From Acidobacteriota bacterium (GTDB lineage Bacteria > Acidobacteriota > UBA6911 > RPQK01 > JAJDTT01): 64,000 nt of DNA. The position numbers and the translations under genes are program-made. The DNA is taken from NCBI GenBank assembly GCA_965222655.1, contig CBDCUP010000003.1, forward strand, positions 103,932 through 167,931, written 5' to 3'. Every line of letters starts with the position of its first letter. The stretch's first letter is position 1. The notes below the pieces were generated by a model. That model did no database searches. It was not told the DNA's origin and worked only from the letters and a program-made list of their open reading frames with translations. Of this stretch, positions 9,249-17,917 are shown piece after piece.

Positions 9249-10583
9249 TCACAGCCGGGGTGTCCCGAAACAGCCTTTTACGGCCTTGGCCGTCGGCACG
9301 AAGTGCCTACTTAAAGGGTTGACCGGCCGATAGTCGATGCGGGCAATGACTTCAGCCTGGTCGGTGCCGTCGAAGACGTTCACTTGCAGCGTCGCCGCTT
9401 TACCTTCCGGCAAACGTTTCGGACATCCCACGATTTCGCCGATCGCGCCGACTTTCGATTCGGCACTGCTTCGATACCTATGCGTGATCTTGGTGCCGTC
9501 CACGTCCAGAATCCGATAGCCGCGCGGTTCGCCGCTGACGCCGATCTCACGCTGGCCCTCAGGCGACTTCCACCAGGTGCCGCAAACGCTAATCGACTCG
9601 ACGAATTCGATCCCTTTGTGGAGCAGTCGGTTGTTCTCATGCAGATGTCCCTGCAATACCAGCCCAACGCCGTGTTTGGACAGCAGGTCGACGACTTCGT
9701 CCGCGTTCTGAATCACCCAGTGAGGGGTTTTGGCGGCCGTGGTGTCGCGCCGCTCGGGATAGTCGGTGTGCAGCGGAATGTGAATTGCCACCACCGTCTT
9801 CATGCCGTCAGGTACCGTGCGTAGGTCCTCAGCGAGCCAGTGCAGTTCTCGCCGTGAGACCTGCCCCTCGACCTTTTTGTAGCCATCGGATCCTCGATTT
9901 ACGCGACAGCCGTCGAGCGTGACATAATGCACCCGCCCCCAATCAAAAGAGTAATAAGTCGGCCCGAACAGCTGCTGGAACTCACCACGGGGGTCAGACT
10001 GTTCGACCAGCATCTCGTGATTACCTACGGCGTTGCGGACAGGGCACTTCAACCGACTGGTGAGTTCGACGTATTGGCGCCCCGTCTTGTTTTGCAGCGA
10101 GATGTCGCCTCCCATCCAGCACAGAGCCGGTAGGGGGTTCATTTCGTTGATCTCGTCGATAGTGGCTTGCAACCGTTTGAATGACTGGCGGTCCTGCCCC
10201 TGACCAAGATGGATATCGGCAAGGTACAGCGCTCGGTAGTCGTCCTGCTCCTCAGTCTTCCGGAGCCGAAAGACCGGCGGCTTCGCGACGGCCATCTCCG
10301 TGGGAATATAGAAGCGGTCGGTCCAATAACCGCGGGGTGTTGTAACGAACAAGAAGGGCCCGCTCCCAGACCCGACGGACATCCGAAACTGTCCCGCGCC
10401 ATCGGTGCTGACGACATCAAACCCGTTGGAAACGCGGACACCGGCGAGCGGCTCTGTCCCAACAACAACGTGCCCAGTGATTTCAGCTGGCTTGACCAGG
10501 GCGGCGAGCGTCAGGTTCCAACTCGGCGTGGCGAGCGTCAGCCCCAAGGCTGAAGTGCGTTGCAGAAATGTCCGTCGGTCCAT
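9249..10583 (-). CDS. Tat-secreted metallophosphoesterase (calcineurin-like) with N-terminal carboxypeptidase-regulatory-like domain
   Basis: Twin-arginine motif MDRRTFLQRTSALGL. Phosphoesterase motifs are GDISL, GNHE and the ...GHLHEN pattern. Start chosen at the Met just before the Tat motif (10583 or 10592). Confidence 0.7.
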   Translation of the reverse strand: MDRRTFLQRTSALGLTLATPSWNLTLAALVKPAEITGHVVVGTEPLAGVRVSNGFDVVSTDGAGQFRMSVGSGSGPFLFVTTPRGYWTDRFYIPTEMAVAKPPVFRLRKTEEQDDYRALYLADIHLGQGQDRQSFKRLQATIDEINEMNPLPALCWMGGDISLQNKTGRQYVELTSRLKCPVRNAVGNHEMLVEQSDPRGEFQQLFGPTYYSFDWGRVHYVTLDGCRVNRGSDGYKKVEGQVSRRELHWLAEDLRTVPDGMKTVVAIHIPLHTDYPERRDTTAAKTPHWVIQNADEVVDLLSKHGVGLVLQGHLHENNRLLHKGIEFVESISVCGTWWKSPEGQREIGVSGEPRGYRILDVDGTKITHRYRSSAESKVGAIGEIVGCPKRLPEGKAATLQVNVFDGTDQAEVIARIDYRPVNPLSRHFVPTAKAVKGCFGTPRL

Positions 10584-10747
10584 GGGGACCATCCTGATCT
10601 CGTGTTTTAGAGGATCTCTACACGTCTCGTGCGGTTTCATGATGCCATACGATGGGGCTTTGTGCATTACCCAAGTGCTGGAGTATCCTATCTTGACGGT
10701 GGCGTGGGGCCGTGCTATATAACCATCGATTAGAAAGGAAACCTTCG

Positions 10748-12046
10748 ATGAAGTCTTCAAGACGCGTCTTCGTTAAGTCCGGCCTAACCCTTGCGGCTGG
10801 AACCAGCCTGATCGGGAAATCCGCAGAGTCAGAGGCCACCCCTGGCGGTGAGAAGGGCGTCCTCTACGAAGGATATGCAATCAAACCCAGACCGAGCGTT
10901 CAGGAAGCAACTCTTGCGAAGTTGAAGGATGGGCGCTACTGGCTCCTTTTTGGTGAGGGTTCCAAGGGTGAGGCCTCTCACTACAAAGATCCGGGTTTTA
11001 TGAAGGGAAGGTTCTCCAACGATGGGGGGCGTTCCTGGCAGGAGACGATGCAGCTGCAGACCAAGGATGGATCGCCGATCGCGACGGCGCGGGTCACCCC
11101 CCACCACAGCCTGTTCAGGCTTCCTTCGGGCGCCCTGGGTTTGATCCATGGAGGACCCTATGCCCGATCGGGGCGGGACGGGACGGTCTTGTTCCGCAAA
11201 TCTACAGACGAAGGTCAGAGCTGGTCGGCTCCGGTGACCGTGGATCCCTACTTCTCCCTCAGCCGGACCGGCAGCGTTCGAGTCCTCAGCAACGGGCGCA
11301 TTTTGACGCCGGTCGTGTCCTGGATCAGCCCGGACGCGGGACCGACGTCGGAAAGCGTGGAACGTACCCTTTTCTTCACCTTGGTTTTCTACTCCGACAA
11401 TGAGGGAGAGTCATGGAATCGTGCCCTGAGCGAGTTGTTCATTCCCTGGGACAAAATGAACCTGGGTGCACAGAGCTTCGATGAGCCGGTCGTGGAAGAG
11501 CTGAAAGATGGCCGGGTCCTGATGTATGCACGAACCCAGATGGGGAATCTCTACCAGAGCGTTTCCGAAGACAGAGGGATTACATGGTCGGTTCCCTCCC
11601 CCTTGCCCCATGCCACATCTGATGCGCCCTGCACCCTCATTCGGATCCCGGCGACCTCCGATCTGCTGCTGGTCTGGAATCAGGTCTCCGAAGAGGAAAC
11701 CAAGGCCGGCCTGAATCGACACCGACTGTCTTGCGCGGTCTCGCAGGATGAGGGCAAGATCTGGAAACATCACAGAAACCTGGAATCGCTGGATGACACC
11801 ACCCATGTGCCACCTCCAGAGGGTCCCCTTCGCGTAATCAAATCAGGAAGTTACACTCAGCCGACCGATCGCAAGCGCTATCATCGAGCCCCGGGACCGC
11901 TTCGGGTGAGCTATTGCACCGTTGCCTTTACCGGAGATGAAGTGACTTTCGCCTACGACTACGGATACGGCGTCGGTGAGTTGTTAGATGCCCAGGCAAC
12001 CAAGATCAAGATCGTTTCTCTGGATTGGCTTTACGGTCGGGTTTGA
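10748..12046 (+). CDS. BNR/Asp-box repeat protein of the sialidase superfamily, secreted
   Basis: Asp-boxes are SNDGGRSWQ, STDEGQSWS, SDNEGESWN, SEDRGITWS and SQDEGKIWK. The signal is MKSSRRVFVKSGLTLAAG. It lacks the obvious RIP motif of the three GH33 paralogs, so its activity is uncertain. Confidence 0.65.
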   Translation: MKSSRRVFVKSGLTLAAGTSLIGKSAESEATPGGEKGVLYEGYAIKPRPSVQEATLAKLKDGRYWLLFGEGSKGEASHYKDPGFMKGRFSNDGGRSWQETMQLQTKDGSPIATARVTPHHSLFRLPSGALGLIHGGPYARSGRDGTVLFRKSTDEGQSWSAPVTVDPYFSLSRTGSVRVLSNGRILTPVVSWISPDAGPTSESVERTLFFTLVFYSDNEGESWNRALSELFIPWDKMNLGAQSFDEPVVEELKDGRVLMYARTQMGNLYQSVSEDRGITWSVPSPLPHATSDAPCTLIRIPATSDLLLVWNQVSEEETKAGLNRHRLSCAVSQDEGKIWKHHRNLESLDDTTHVPPPEGPLRVIKSGSYTQPTDRKRYHRAPGPLRVSYCTVAFTGDEVTFAYDYGYGVGELLDAQATKIKIVSLDWLYGRV

Positions 12047-12118
12047 GAGTGCTCAAAGCAGGGGCGCCGACCGTGCTCGCGGGGAAGCCTGAAGCGCGAG
12101 CGAGGGGTTGGGGATCTG

Positions 12119-12222
12119 CGAGATTGTGCTGTTGTCCGCTCTCTCCTGCCTGCGTCGTCCTCGACGGCCGGAACTTGGCCCCATATTGCAGACGATTCAA
12201 GCCGTGCGCGGCTCTGTTGGAT
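12119..12222 (-). repeat. Intergenic repeat family copy A (ATTGTGCTGTTG...GCGGCTCTGTTGG core), carrying a 30-nt insertion
   Basis: Alignable by eye to copies at 16575-16665, 32786-32865 and 59746-59822. The shared blocks are attgtgctgttg, ggaacttg, atattgcagacga, tcaag and gcggctctgttgg. Confidence 0.6.
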
Positions 12223-13159
12223 CGGCACTGGCATGTCTCTCGTCGTGCCTCTGCAGAGCCTCAAGGACCCGATCGGTCAGGATCTGGACGTATCTCGCCG
12301 TATCCTGATCCGGAGTGAAGGTGGCTGAGCGCACCATGCCGCTGGAGATCAATCCGCGCTCGAGGAGCAGCCGCTTCTCCATATACAAATACAACTCCAG
12401 ATTCTGGAGACTGAACACGATGTGGGGAAGAACATCCGAGAAGATGTCAAGGGCGGTCTTGACATCGCCCGCCTTGGCGAGTGAGAAGACCTCCTGAAGG
12501 AGTTCTGCCATCCCCAGTCCCGGCATTGAGCCGCAGGCGCCGGACAGGATCCCCTCCACCAGATAGAGGCCACCCCAACCTTCAAGTACCTCGACCCCTC
12601 CCTCGGTTTCCTCCTGGATCTGTCGCAGCTTTGGAGCCATGAGTGGCTCCTCCAGTTTGAGGTAGCGAAACTGTGGATACTCCCGATGCAGCCGCCCAGC
12701 AAATGACGGGCTCAGTGTCGCGCCGGTAGGGTTGAAATCCTGAATGAGCACAGGCAGGGAAGTCGCTTCCAGGAGGGTTGCCAGATAGCGAAAAATATCC
12801 TCGTCCGGGAGTGCGAAGAGACGGGGCACAGCCACCGAGATAGCTCCAGCACCCAACTCCTCATTCCTTTTCGCGATCTCGGCCGCCAACTTGGCCGAAT
12901 AATGATTGGACTGTGCGACGACGCGGAGCCGCCCGTCTGAGGCCTCGACTGCGGCTTCCACTAGAGCATACCGTTCGTCCAGGCTCAGCTTGTAGAACTC
13001 ACTTGCGTAGGCAGGCAGACAAACGGCAGGGAGTTGCTTGGCGACGGAGAACTTGACCAGGCGACGCAGAGAGTCCAGGTCCAGTTCCTCCCCGGCATCA
13101 AATGGTGCTACCAGAACGGGAACAATTCCTCGAATGTTCAGCCTTTCCTCACCTGTCAT
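12197..13159 (-). CDS. Dihydrodipicolinate synthase family aldolase/lyase (candidate N-acetylneuraminate lyase or 2-keto-3-deoxy-sugar-acid aldolase)
   Basis: DHDPS/NanA-family fold signatures over about 300 aa. The last roughly 10 codons are contributed by the repeat element, so the C-terminus is uncertain. Context is sialidases and sugar-acid dehydratases. Confidence 0.6.
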   Translation of the reverse strand: MTGEERLNIRGIVPVLVAPFDAGEELDLDSLRRLVKFSVAKQLPAVCLPAYASEFYKLSLDERYALVEAAVEASDGRLRVVAQSNHYSAKLAAEIAKRNEELGAGAISVAVPRLFALPDEDIFRYLATLLEATSLPVLIQDFNPTGATLSPSFAGRLHREYPQFRYLKLEEPLMAPKLRQIQEETEGGVEVLEGWGGLYLVEGILSGACGSMPGLGMAELLQEVFSLAKAGDVKTALDIFSDVLPHIVFSLQNLELYLYMEKRLLLERGLISSGMVRSATFTPDQDTARYVQILTDRVLEALQRHDERHASADPTEPRTA

Positions 13160-13325
13160 CTCATCTCTGCGATTCCAGACGCACGTAGCAGCGACTCTTC
13201 AAGTAGTCGCAACCATAGCAGTTCAAGGCATCCAGGACATCCAAATTGGAAGATCGCGAACAAAAGCATGCCAACTCCGAAATCCCGTGTCGCTCATGGA
13301 AAGAGGATGCTATTCTCTAGGGAAA

Positions 13326-15023
13326 ATGAAATCGAGTCATGACAACGTATTTCTGATCTTCTCCCTATTGCTTCTCGTCCCGTTCGGCTGCACAGCTTCG
13401 ACTAACGATCGAATCGTGATCCTGACCTTTGACGGGAGCTTCAAGTCCCACCGGACCTTGGTGGCACCGCTTCTCAAGGAGCTGGGTCTGGGTGCAACCT
13501 TCTTCGTGAACCACCCATCGAACGACCCATCGAACGACCAATCCGATTCCCTGACCTGGTCGGAAATCGCCGAGATCGACCAGATGGGTTTCGAGATCGG
13601 GAATCGCGGCTGGAGCTGTCTCGACCTTTCCGTGCCGAGAAACGCAGCTCGACTCCTTGGCGATCTCGCCCTGGTTGAATTCGAATTGGACAAGGTAGAA
13701 GTGCCTCGGCCGATCAGCTTTGCCTACTGCCAGGACAGCTTCGGTCCGGAAGCACTGGGAAAGTTGGATAGCCGCGGATACCGCTTCGGACGCCGAGGGG
13801 TCGAACCCAGGCCTTCGAGTCCTGGATTCGACCCGACAAACCATCATCCCCTTTCCATTCCCGCCTCCGGCAGCGTCGATTCAAACTGGACCGAAGAGGG
13901 TTTCAATCGATTGGTCAACCATGCCAGTGGCGAGTCGATTGTGGTATTGCGTTTTGGCGCGGTCGGGGACGCGAATCAAGCCGCCCCGAGTATCACCGCT
14001 GAGAGCTTCAGGAAGTTCATGAATCAACTCAAAGAGCAGAGGTATATGGTGGCTGCAATGAGGGATCTGGACGATCGCTTCAGCTGGCAGACCGAGGATC
14101 AAGATCCCGGTCTGCCCTCGCGACATCCAGAACCCCAACAAGGGCGCCTTTCGCTGCCAGAAGAAATGGAATCGACTCGGGACGAACTGGCTTTCTGGTT
14201 GAAGAACATGATCCGCGACCACGGATACAAGTGGGAGGAGGCGGCACAGGTGACCGGCCTCAGCCTGGATGCACTGCAGGAAGAGGCGGAGAAGCTCGGA
14301 TTGGGAGAGCTGTCTGCAAATGTCCCGACGGGAGGACTCCGAATTCTTCCCTACCCCGGAGGGCGTCATCCACGCATCGGCCACCTGGAAGCGGCCATCG
14401 ATCCCATGCGAGGCACCAAGGTAAGCATCTTCCTGCCCTGGGAAGGTGCTGGCTACGCCGTGATCGATCTTCCGGAGACCTTCGAGGCGGAGGGAGAGCA
14501 GCTCATCTTTCTCGCCCATGCCCACGTTCCCACGATCTGGAATCTGCAGAACCAATGGTTGGAGAACGTCGATTGGAGCCGAACCTCCGATGGCGGTGTG
14601 GAGAGCGAGCGCGTTCTACCGAATCAGGTATCCTTCGGATCCGCCGCTCGACTTGATGGAGAACAGGTGAAATTGGAGTTGTGGTTGAAGAACGGATCCA
14701 CCAAGACCCTCAAAGAGCTGCGGGCCGCCGTTTGTCTGATGCTCAAGGGTGCCCCGGACTTCAACACCCAGACGAAGGAAAATAAGATCTTTCGCTGTCC
14801 CGTATCAGCGGTCAGATCGGCAAAGGGAGATCGGTGGATATTGATCGCTTGGGATTACTGCCAAGTCCCGGGAGGCAACCAGGATGTTCCCTGCTTGCAC
14901 GCCGACCCCGTGTTTGAGGATTGCCCACCTGGAGAGGCAGTGCGAGCAGAGGGAAGAGTGTGGTTCTACGAAGGAGAAGACATTGAGGGCGAACTTGAGA
15001 AATCAGCCGGTCTATTCCGTTAA
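13326..15023 (+). CDS. Polysaccharide deacetylase (NodB homology domain) fused to a roughly 330-aa C-terminal domain of unknown function, secreted
   Basis: Start re-assigned to the ATG at 13326 (MKSSHDNVFLIFSLLLLVPFGC, a signal peptide). The NodB-like region is RIVILTFDGSFKSHRTL...ATFFV...; the C-terminal half has no family I recognise. Confidence 0.65.
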   Translation: MKSSHDNVFLIFSLLLLVPFGCTASTNDRIVILTFDGSFKSHRTLVAPLLKELGLGATFFVNHPSNDPSNDQSDSLTWSEIAEIDQMGFEIGNRGWSCLDLSVPRNAARLLGDLALVEFELDKVEVPRPISFAYCQDSFGPEALGKLDSRGYRFGRRGVEPRPSSPGFDPTNHHPLSIPASGSVDSNWTEEGFNRLVNHASGESIVVLRFGAVGDANQAAPSITAESFRKFMNQLKEQRYMVAAMRDLDDRFSWQTEDQDPGLPSRHPEPQQGRLSLPEEMESTRDELAFWLKNMIRDHGYKWEEAAQVTGLSLDALQEEAEKLGLGELSANVPTGGLRILPYPGGRHPRIGHLEAAIDPMRGTKVSIFLPWEGAGYAVIDLPETFEAEGEQLIFLAHAHVPTIWNLQNQWLENVDWSRTSDGGVESERVLPNQVSFGSAARLDGEQVKLELWLKNGSTKTLKELRAAVCLMLKGAPDFNTQTKENKIFRCPVSAVRSAKGDRWILIAWDYCQVPGGNQDVPCLHADPVFEDCPPGEAVRAEGRVWFYEGEDIEGELEKSAGLFR

Positions 15024-15036
15024 CCTCTTGCAGAAC

Positions 15037-16560
15037 ATGATCCGTCGAACTCGGATAATCGTATGCTGCCTGGGCATCTTGCTGGCCGCGCTGGTTGAGA
15101 CACCCGCAGGCGAGAAGGGCAATCCGGTAAAGCCTTATCGAGTCATCTTCAACTGTGACGGGCACGCAGTGGCAAAGGACGCGCAGGGGGATCTCAAGCA
15201 GTGGATTGAGAACCTGTTCGGGCCACTGGAGAACAGCCACGTCGACGCGCTGTTCTGGTGCGATGGTGCGGGAGGCAACACCGCCAATTACGAGAGCGAG
15301 GTGCTGGAGCGTACCGGAGCCCGTGCCGGCAAACCACGTAGCTACATTGACAAATGGATCGCCGAGGGAAATGACCCACCTAAAGTTGTCGTGAGAGAAG
15401 CTCACCAGCGCGGACTGGACGTCTTTTTCTCGTTTCGAATCAACGACATCCATGACTCCTTCATGCCGGACGAGCGGCCGACTTTCAAAGTAGAAAATCC
15501 CGGCTGGATGCTCGGCGAGCAGAATTATGGGAGCGTCACCAGTTTTCCGACCGCGTTGAATTTCACTGTGCCTCAGGTCCGCGACCTGAAGTTCAGGATC
15601 GTGGAAGAGATCTTTCAGAAGTACGACTTCGACGGGCTGGAGGTCGATTTCTTACGCAGCTCGCCCTACTTCATGCCGGGCACGGAGGCCCAAAACGCCC
15701 ATCTCCTCACCGGGTTGTTGCAGCGGATCCGCAAACACTTGAACGCGCGGGGAGCGGAGCGCGGCCGGCCTATTCGGCTGGCAGTTCGCGTCAATGAAAA
15801 TCTAAGTTCCTGCCGCCAGGACGGCTTCGATGTGCGCGCCTGGCTCGAGCAGGACCTGGTCGACATGATCGCGCTCGGCAGTGGCGTGATGGATATCGAG
15901 GTCGAGGAGTTCAAGCAGCTGGCCGCGAGGCACGGCGTCTATGTCTATCCCTGCCTCTACGGCTGGCCCAGCAAATACAATCCGATCCCGGCCGAGCTGG
16001 CTACCGGGCTGGCCCTGAACTACTGGGCACAGGGCGCCGACGGCATCTATTTGTTCAACTGGTTCCCGCATCCGAAGAATAATAGTGAAAAGCACGGTCC
16101 CTACATGACGGGATTGATGAAGCAGCTGGGGGATCCCGCCGCCTTGCGTGCCAGCCAGCGACACATCATGTTTGCCGCCGATCGGGGCCGGCCGCAACGG
16201 TCCTATCAATACAACTGGTTGCACTGTGTGTTGCCGGAGGCGCTGCCCCTGGACAAGCCGCTGCGGGCCACCATCCGCGCGTTCGAGCAATTTCCCGAGG
16301 GCGTGCAGTTAACTCTGCAGATGCAGGTGCAGAATCTGCAGGCCGACGATGAAATCGCGGTGCGCCTGGCTGGCCAACTAGTGACCGGCTGGCGGCGGGA
16401 CGCGAATGGCCGTCTGACGGCACCCGTCAAGCCCTCCCTGCTGCGACAGGGTTCGAACCCAGTGTCCATGCAGCTCATGGAACGCGCGGCCACGTCAGCA
16501 GCTCCGCGCACTGTCACCGCGCTGGAGCTGCACGCGGTACGAAAGATCGATAATCAATAG
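15037..16560 (+). CDS. Secreted TIM-barrel-like protein of an uncharacterised glycoside-hydrolase-like family (paralog of 42332..44089 and 59929..61677)
   Basis: Signal peptide MIRRTRIIVCCLGILLAALV. Shared blocks with the two Tat paralogs are HVDAL, RxNDxHD, F(D/E)(R/F)DP and LYLFNW. It sits 13 bp downstream of the deacetylase, in apparent operon. Confidence 0.55.
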   Translation: MIRRTRIIVCCLGILLAALVETPAGEKGNPVKPYRVIFNCDGHAVAKDAQGDLKQWIENLFGPLENSHVDALFWCDGAGGNTANYESEVLERTGARAGKPRSYIDKWIAEGNDPPKVVVREAHQRGLDVFFSFRINDIHDSFMPDERPTFKVENPGWMLGEQNYGSVTSFPTALNFTVPQVRDLKFRIVEEIFQKYDFDGLEVDFLRSSPYFMPGTEAQNAHLLTGLLQRIRKHLNARGAERGRPIRLAVRVNENLSSCRQDGFDVRAWLEQDLVDMIALGSGVMDIEVEEFKQLAARHGVYVYPCLYGWPSKYNPIPAELATGLALNYWAQGADGIYLFNWFPHPKNNSEKHGPYMTGLMKQLGDPAALRASQRHIMFAADRGRPQRSYQYNWLHCVLPEALPLDKPLRATIRAFEQFPEGVQLTLQMQVQNLQADDEIAVRLAGQLVTGWRRDANGRLTAPVKPSLLRQGSNPVSMQLMERAATSAAPRTVTALELHAVRKIDNQ

Positions 16561-16574
16561 GAAGTTCCTTTTAA

Positions 16575-16665
16575 GGAGGTAGATTGTGCTGTTGACCGGT
16601 CGCTCCTCGGAACTTGTGCTCATATTGCAGACGAGTCAAGTCGCTTGCGGCTCTGTTGGACTGCG
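16575..16665 (-). repeat. Intergenic repeat family copy B; contains perfect SD (AAGGAGG 16573-16579) and a GTG-initiated 33-codon ORF (16586..16687) on the + strand
   Basis: Sequence aaggaggtagattGTGctgttgaccggtcgctcctcggaacttg...gcggctctgttgg. The translation VLLTGRSSELVLILQTSQVACGSVGLRWLGTAH resembles the translations of the other copies. Confidence 0.6.
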
Positions 16666-16679
16666 CTGGCTAGGAACTG

Positions 16680-16707
16680 CTCACTGATCACTGCTTACTG
16701 CTCACTA
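16680..16707. repeat. Heptamer tandem repeat (CTCACTG ATCACTG CTTACTG CTCACTA), the reverse complement of a CAGTGAG array
   Basis: Direct reading. The same heptamer array in the opposite orientation occurs at 32684-32711. Both lie next to copies of the roughly 90-nt repeat. Confidence 0.7.
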
Positions 16708-16715
16708 TTCAAGTT

Positions 16716-17690
16716 TCAGATCACGGCGCTTTGGAACCGCTCGAGCTCTTTCTTTTCCCACTCGGATAAACGGCCAGCATATTCGTGAGCCTGGTTTACG
16801 AAGTCAACCCCAGCCATACGCTTCCATCCCTGCATCAGCTGCTGGAACACCGGTCCCGGCTTACCGTCTCCCACTAGCTGGCCCTCGAAGGAGCGGGCGT
16901 GTACCAGAGAGTAGGTTGTGGCGGTGCACAGGATCTCGTCGGCCTGGAGCGCCTCGTAGCGTCCCAGGTTGGCTTCCCGCGTGGGAATCCCCAATTCCCG
17001 GGCCACATCTAGCGTGGCACCCCGCGAGACCCCGAGCAAGATGTTCCGTCCCTCGGGACTGATCAGGACACCGTCCTTGACCAGGAACACGTTCCAGCCG
17101 GGACCTTCTGCCAGGAACCCGTCCGGGTCGAGAAGAATCGGCCACTTGTCTGCTCCCATCCGGGCTCCCTGCAGCTGGGCCAGCTGGTAGTGGAGGCGGC
17201 TGCGAGTCTTGGCCTTCGGATCCACTATATGGGCCGGTACTGCCTGCTGCGGGACGATGACCAGCTCGACTCCGGGGTCGTAGTTGGGGGCGAACTGGCC
17301 CATGTGGGTAATGAGAGGCCAGCAATTGATAGAGACCGTCGGCCTGACCCCCTGAGGAAAGACGGTGCGGTATAGGGACAATGGTCCCCTGGAGACATTG
17401 TGCATGATCAGCCAGTCCACGTCACCCGCCTCGGTGGGGGTATTCCGCTCCAAGATCTGGTGGGTGAGCTCCTCCATCTCCTCCAGCGAGATTCCCGATT
17501 CGATCTCCAGCAGACGGAGAGAGCCGTAGAGGCGATCGAGATGATGGCGGAGCCGGAAGGGCTTTCTCTGGAAGGTTCGGGTCATCTCAAAAGCCATATC
17601 TCCAAACATCGAAGACGAGTCGAAGATGGAAACCCGTGCTTCGGACTCCTGCACGTACTCACCATTGAAGTAGACGGTTCTTCCAGACAT
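16716..17690 (-). CDS. Class IV (branched-chain/D-amino-acid) aminotransferase
   Basis: 324 aa of PLP fold-type IV; the stretches MSGRTVYFNGEYV...EARVSIFD and ...ILLGVSRG...ELGIP match the ilvE/dat family. Confidence 0.7.
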   Translation of the reverse strand: MSGRTVYFNGEYVQESEARVSIFDSSSMFGDMAFEMTRTFQRKPFRLRHHLDRLYGSLRLLEIESGISLEEMEELTHQILERNTPTEAGDVDWLIMHNVSRGPLSLYRTVFPQGVRPTVSINCWPLITHMGQFAPNYDPGVELVIVPQQAVPAHIVDPKAKTRSRLHYQLAQLQGARMGADKWPILLDPDGFLAEGPGWNVFLVKDGVLISPEGRNILLGVSRGATLDVARELGIPTREANLGRYEALQADEILCTATTYSLVHARSFEGQLVGDGKPGPVFQQLMQGWKRMAGVDFVNQAHEYAGRLSEWEKKELERFQSAVI

Positions 17691-17917
17691 TAGTAACTCC
17701 TCCTGAGACCCTAGACACGGCCATACAACGAGTCCGGTGTCACAATCTTGATCTTGGCTGCACTCTCCCGGTTCTGGGGTGCACCGGCGCTATAGCCGAG
17801 GTTATACACTATGGCCACTTCGTTTTTATTGAAAACTACGGTGGGATAGCACACGCCGCTTCGAGAAATTCTCGCCGTGTTGCTCGCACAAATGCCTCAT
17901 TCTTGCGAGACGGCTCA

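Noticed and set aside
12061-12101. Small GC hairpin (gctcgcg...cgcgagc) after the BNR gene stop, considered as a terminator
   Set aside because: It has no downstream U-tract and is adjacent to repeat copy A; the evidence is insufficient to call it a terminator.
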